This document shows positions 61,622 through 64,000 of a stretch of DNA of 64,000 bases, piece after piece (the stretch's first letter is position 1; the number at the start of each line of letters is the position of its first letter). This DNA is from Atribacterota bacterium (GTDB taxonomy: Bacteria > Atribacterota > Phoenicimicrobiia > Phoenicimicrobiales > Stramentimicrobiaceae), in contig JAQUNC010000005.1 of NCBI GenBank assembly GCA_028717805.1, forward strand, positions 1,238 to 65,237, read 5' to 3'. The translations under genes were made by a program, and so were the position numbers. The notes beneath the pieces were generated by a model that saw only the letters and a program-made list of their open reading frames with translations, did no database searches and was not told the DNA's origin.

Positions 61622-62905
61622 ATGAGTATGGTTGAGTCAATAAAAATGGATAATGGACTTCAAATAATTTCCTGCTTGATGCCGCATATGCAGTCTGTCT
61701 CAATTGTGATAGGGATTAAAGCCGGCTCTATCTATGAAACAAAACGTCAACAGGGTATTTCTCATTTCATTGAACATATGCTTTTTAAAGGTACTGAAAA
61801 GAGAAAGAATACCTTAGAAATATCTCAAGCAATTGAGCAGTTAGGTGGAGAAATAAATGCTTCTACTTCGGAGGAATGCACCTTTATTTACAGTAAGGTA
61901 TTACATAGGAATTTTGCTGATGCTTTTGAAGTACTGGTCGACATATTGAATAATTCGCTTTTTAGAGCAGAGGACATTCGCCAGGAAAAAAAAGTAGTCA
62001 TTGAAGAGATTAATAAATATCAGGATATCCCAGAGGATTGGATCGTATTTTTAATTAATAGGTTAATGTGGAAGGATACAGCATTGGGACAAAATGTTTT
62101 AGGAGAGAAGGGGACTGTCAGAAGATTTAACCGTAAATTATTATTACAATATTTTCAAGAAATGTATCAGCCTCGAAATATGGTAATTAGTATTACCGGC
62201 AATATTTCTCCAAAGGCAATTACCATTATGCTAAAAAAATTTCCTTTTCTTGCCAGGGAAGGCATACCCAGAAAAATTTCTACCATTGGTGAGGCAATAT
62301 CTCAAATTCCTGAGTTAAAACTAATAAACAAAAGGGTCAATCAAGCCCATCTCTGCTTTGGTTTTGAAGGCATTTCCAGGTTTCATCGTGATAAAATTAC
62401 TATGGATTTGCTAAATATAATTTTGGGAGCTGGCTTGAGTTCCAGGTTATTTCAGGAGATTCGCGTTAAAGAAGGACTTGCTTATGATATACATTCCTAT
62501 CCCCAATATTTTAATCAAACAGGTTCATTTAATATCTATGCTGGAGTAGTTGCTGATGGATTAACGCATAGCATTCAAAAAATCTTAGATGAACTAAAAA
62601 GAATTAAAGAAAAGCATATTTCTCATACTGAATTAAAAATAGCCCAGGAAATGTATAAAGGAAGTATTTTGATGGGACTGGAAAATACATTAAGCCATGC
62701 TTTTCGCTTGGGAAGTTATGCTCTATTATACGATAAAGAATATAACTACAAGGAGATCATTGACCGTATAGAAAGTGTCCAGGCAGAGGATATCAGAAAA
62801 TTAGCGGAAAATATATTTCAGAACCATAAGATAAAACTGGTCATCTTTTCACCCAGTGAAATGAAAATCAGGAAGGACAGTTTGCTCGCCATCTTAAAAG
62901 TATAA
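61622..62905 (+). CDS. M16-family (insulinase/pitrilysin-like) zinc peptidase
   Basis: Inverted zinc motif HFIEHMLFKGT (HxxEH) and downstream E; 427 aa. Confidence 0.85.
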   Translation: MSMVESIKMDNGLQIISCLMPHMQSVSIVIGIKAGSIYETKRQQGISHFIEHMLFKGTEKRKNTLEISQAIEQLGGEINASTSEECTFIYSKVLHRNFADAFEVLVDILNNSLFRAEDIRQEKKVVIEEINKYQDIPEDWIVFLINRLMWKDTALGQNVLGEKGTVRRFNRKLLLQYFQEMYQPRNMVISITGNISPKAITIMLKKFPFLAREGIPRKISTIGEAISQIPELKLINKRVNQAHLCFGFEGISRFHRDKITMDLLNIILGAGLSSRLFQEIRVKEGLAYDIHSYPQYFNQTGSFNIYAGVVADGLTHSIQKILDELKRIKEKHISHTELKIAQEMYKGSILMGLENTLSHAFRLGSYALLYDKEYNYKEIIDRIESVQAEDIRKLAENIFQNHKIKLVIFSPSEMKIRKDSLLAILKV

Positions 62906-62921
62906 AAAGCAGGAGCAATCA

Positions 62922-63110
62922 ATGCCACTGGATTTAAGAGTAGGAGATATAGTTAAATTAAAAAAGAAACATCCCTGTGGAGGATATCATTGGGAGATAA
63001 CCAGGACCGGAATTGACATTGGATTAAGATGTCTTTGTTGTGGCAGAAAGGTATTGGTTCCCAGAGCAAAGATTGAAAGAAGGATTAGACTGATAATTAA
63101 AAGAGATTGA
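62922..63110 (+). CDS. DUF951-family small protein
   Basis: 62 aa; VGDIVKLKKKHPCGGYHWEI...CLCCGRKVL has the typical conserved Cys pattern. Confidence 0.6.
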   Translation: MPLDLRVGDIVKLKKKHPCGGYHWEITRTGIDIGLRCLCCGRKVLVPRAKIERRIRLIIKRD

Positions 63111-63250
63111 GTAAAAGATTATTTTAGAAAATTTATTGTAATATAAATGTTGATATATAAAATACTGAATGTTATAATGATAAAGCATTTTTCCTTGCTC
63201 CTACCAGAAATATCAGGGAGGGGCTATTATGACCAGAAGGAGGTGAGTAA

Positions 63251-63580
63251 ATGCGTAATTACGAAATAATGATTTTATTTGATCCCAATCTGCAGGAAGA
63301 GGACCTAAAGGCTTTACTTGACAAAATCCGCCAAACGATAACTACCAATCAAGGGAAAATAATCAAAACAAATCAATGGGGCAAAAGAAAATTAGCTTAT
63401 GAAATTAAAAAATTTCAGGAAGCCCTCTATGTAATCATTGATTTTGAATTGGAACCAGAGCTTATAGCTAATATTGAAAACAGCATTAAATTTGAAGAAA
63501 AGATAATAAGGTATCTTCTGGTTCTTGGTTCAGAGAAAGTGGTTAAACCCCACAATGAAAAACCGAAAGTGGAAAAATAG
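63251..63580 (+). CDS. rpsF: 30S ribosomal protein S6
   Basis: MRNYEIMILFDPNL...GKRKLAY. Confidence 0.93.
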   Translation: MRNYEIMILFDPNLQEEDLKALLDKIRQTITTNQGKIIKTNQWGKRKLAYEIKKFQEALYVIIDFELEPELIANIENSIKFEEKIIRYLLVLGSEKVVKPHNEKPKVEK

Positions 63581-63670
63581 ACCTCAATTTACTTTAGTAA
63601 GGTAATTTTAATAGTAAACATTTAGAATATTTAAGATATCAAGATATGGAAAACAGGAAGGAAATAGTGA

Positions 63671-63907
63671 ATGATAAGAAGGAATAATTATAGAGGATTA
63701 CGAGTAAGAAAAAAAATTTGCTACTTTTGTGCCGAAAAAAAAGAAGCAGACTATAAAGATGTCGAACTGTTAAATCGTTTTATAAGTGATCAGGGGAAGA
63801 TTTTGCCACGCAGAGTTACTGGAAATTGTGCCAAACATCAGAGAACCCTGGCTGCGGCAATAAAAAGAGCAAGAGAAATTGCCCTGCTCCCCTTTGTTAA
63901 TCGTTAG
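63671..63907 (+). CDS. rpsR: 30S ribosomal protein S18
   Basis: CYFC...[25 protein letters not shown]. Confidence 0.93.
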   Translation: MIRRNNYRGLRVRKKICYFCAEKKEADYKDVELLNRFISDQGKILPRRVTGNCAKHQRTLAAAIKRAREIALLPFVNR

Positions 63908-64000
63908 TAAACATTTTAATTCAGACAGTAGAGGAGAAACAGAAGGGATTGTTTGATTTTTGAGAGATAATATGCCAACTAAATCAATTGTTGAAGGTGC

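Overview
This 64 kb window looks like an ordinary chromosomal stretch from a low-GC anaerobic Firmicute; the Clostridia or Halanaerobiales affinity is inferred from gene content. Genes are almost all on the + strand. I found no transposase, integrase or CRISPR array.

Housekeeping genes, in order: lysS, an S4-domain protein, mgtE, eno, a FtsB/DivIC-like gene, tRNA-Leu, two tRNA(CAT) genes, tilS, hpt, ftsH, a five-gene Opp/Dpp-type peptide ABC transporter, tRNA-Arg directly in front of argS, rapZ-yvcK-whiA, rpoN-gap-tpiA-secG with no pgk, an archaeal-type nicotinate phosphoribosyltransferase, and tRNA-Leu.

The energy-metabolism block is the interesting part.
- A complete 14-gene Mrp-Mbh-type membrane-bound group-4 [NiFe] hydrogenase cluster (27.8-36.1 kb) with a convergent HycI-like maturation protease.
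- A SPOR-domain gene and rex, followed by a near-consensus Rex operator.
- A four- to five-gene DRTGG / CBS-GHKL / PHP / GHKL sensory module. This module normally sits next to bifurcating [FeFe] hydrogenases. Here it is wired to HydD-like and NuoE-like genes, a 1009-aa NuoF-GltD fusion, and a Cys-type NuoG-fused formate dehydrogenase catalytic subunit.
- focA, mobA and fdhD follow, then a YqgF-like gene and hypF-hypC-hypD-hypE (no hypA/hypB here).
- The window ends with an AMMECR1 gene, a convergent ArsB/NhaD-family permease, mreB, mreC, an M16 peptidase, a DUF951 gene, rpsF and rpsR (no ssb between them).

The observation I could not explain is a family of short GC-rich hairpin elements. They share the core AGGGGA-N(3-9)-TCCCCT, usually with a 5' GGGGTT and a 3' (A)ATATC(C)TG tail. 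I found at least six copies in AT-rich regions immediately 5' of genes, plus a related perfect 22-bp palindrome.
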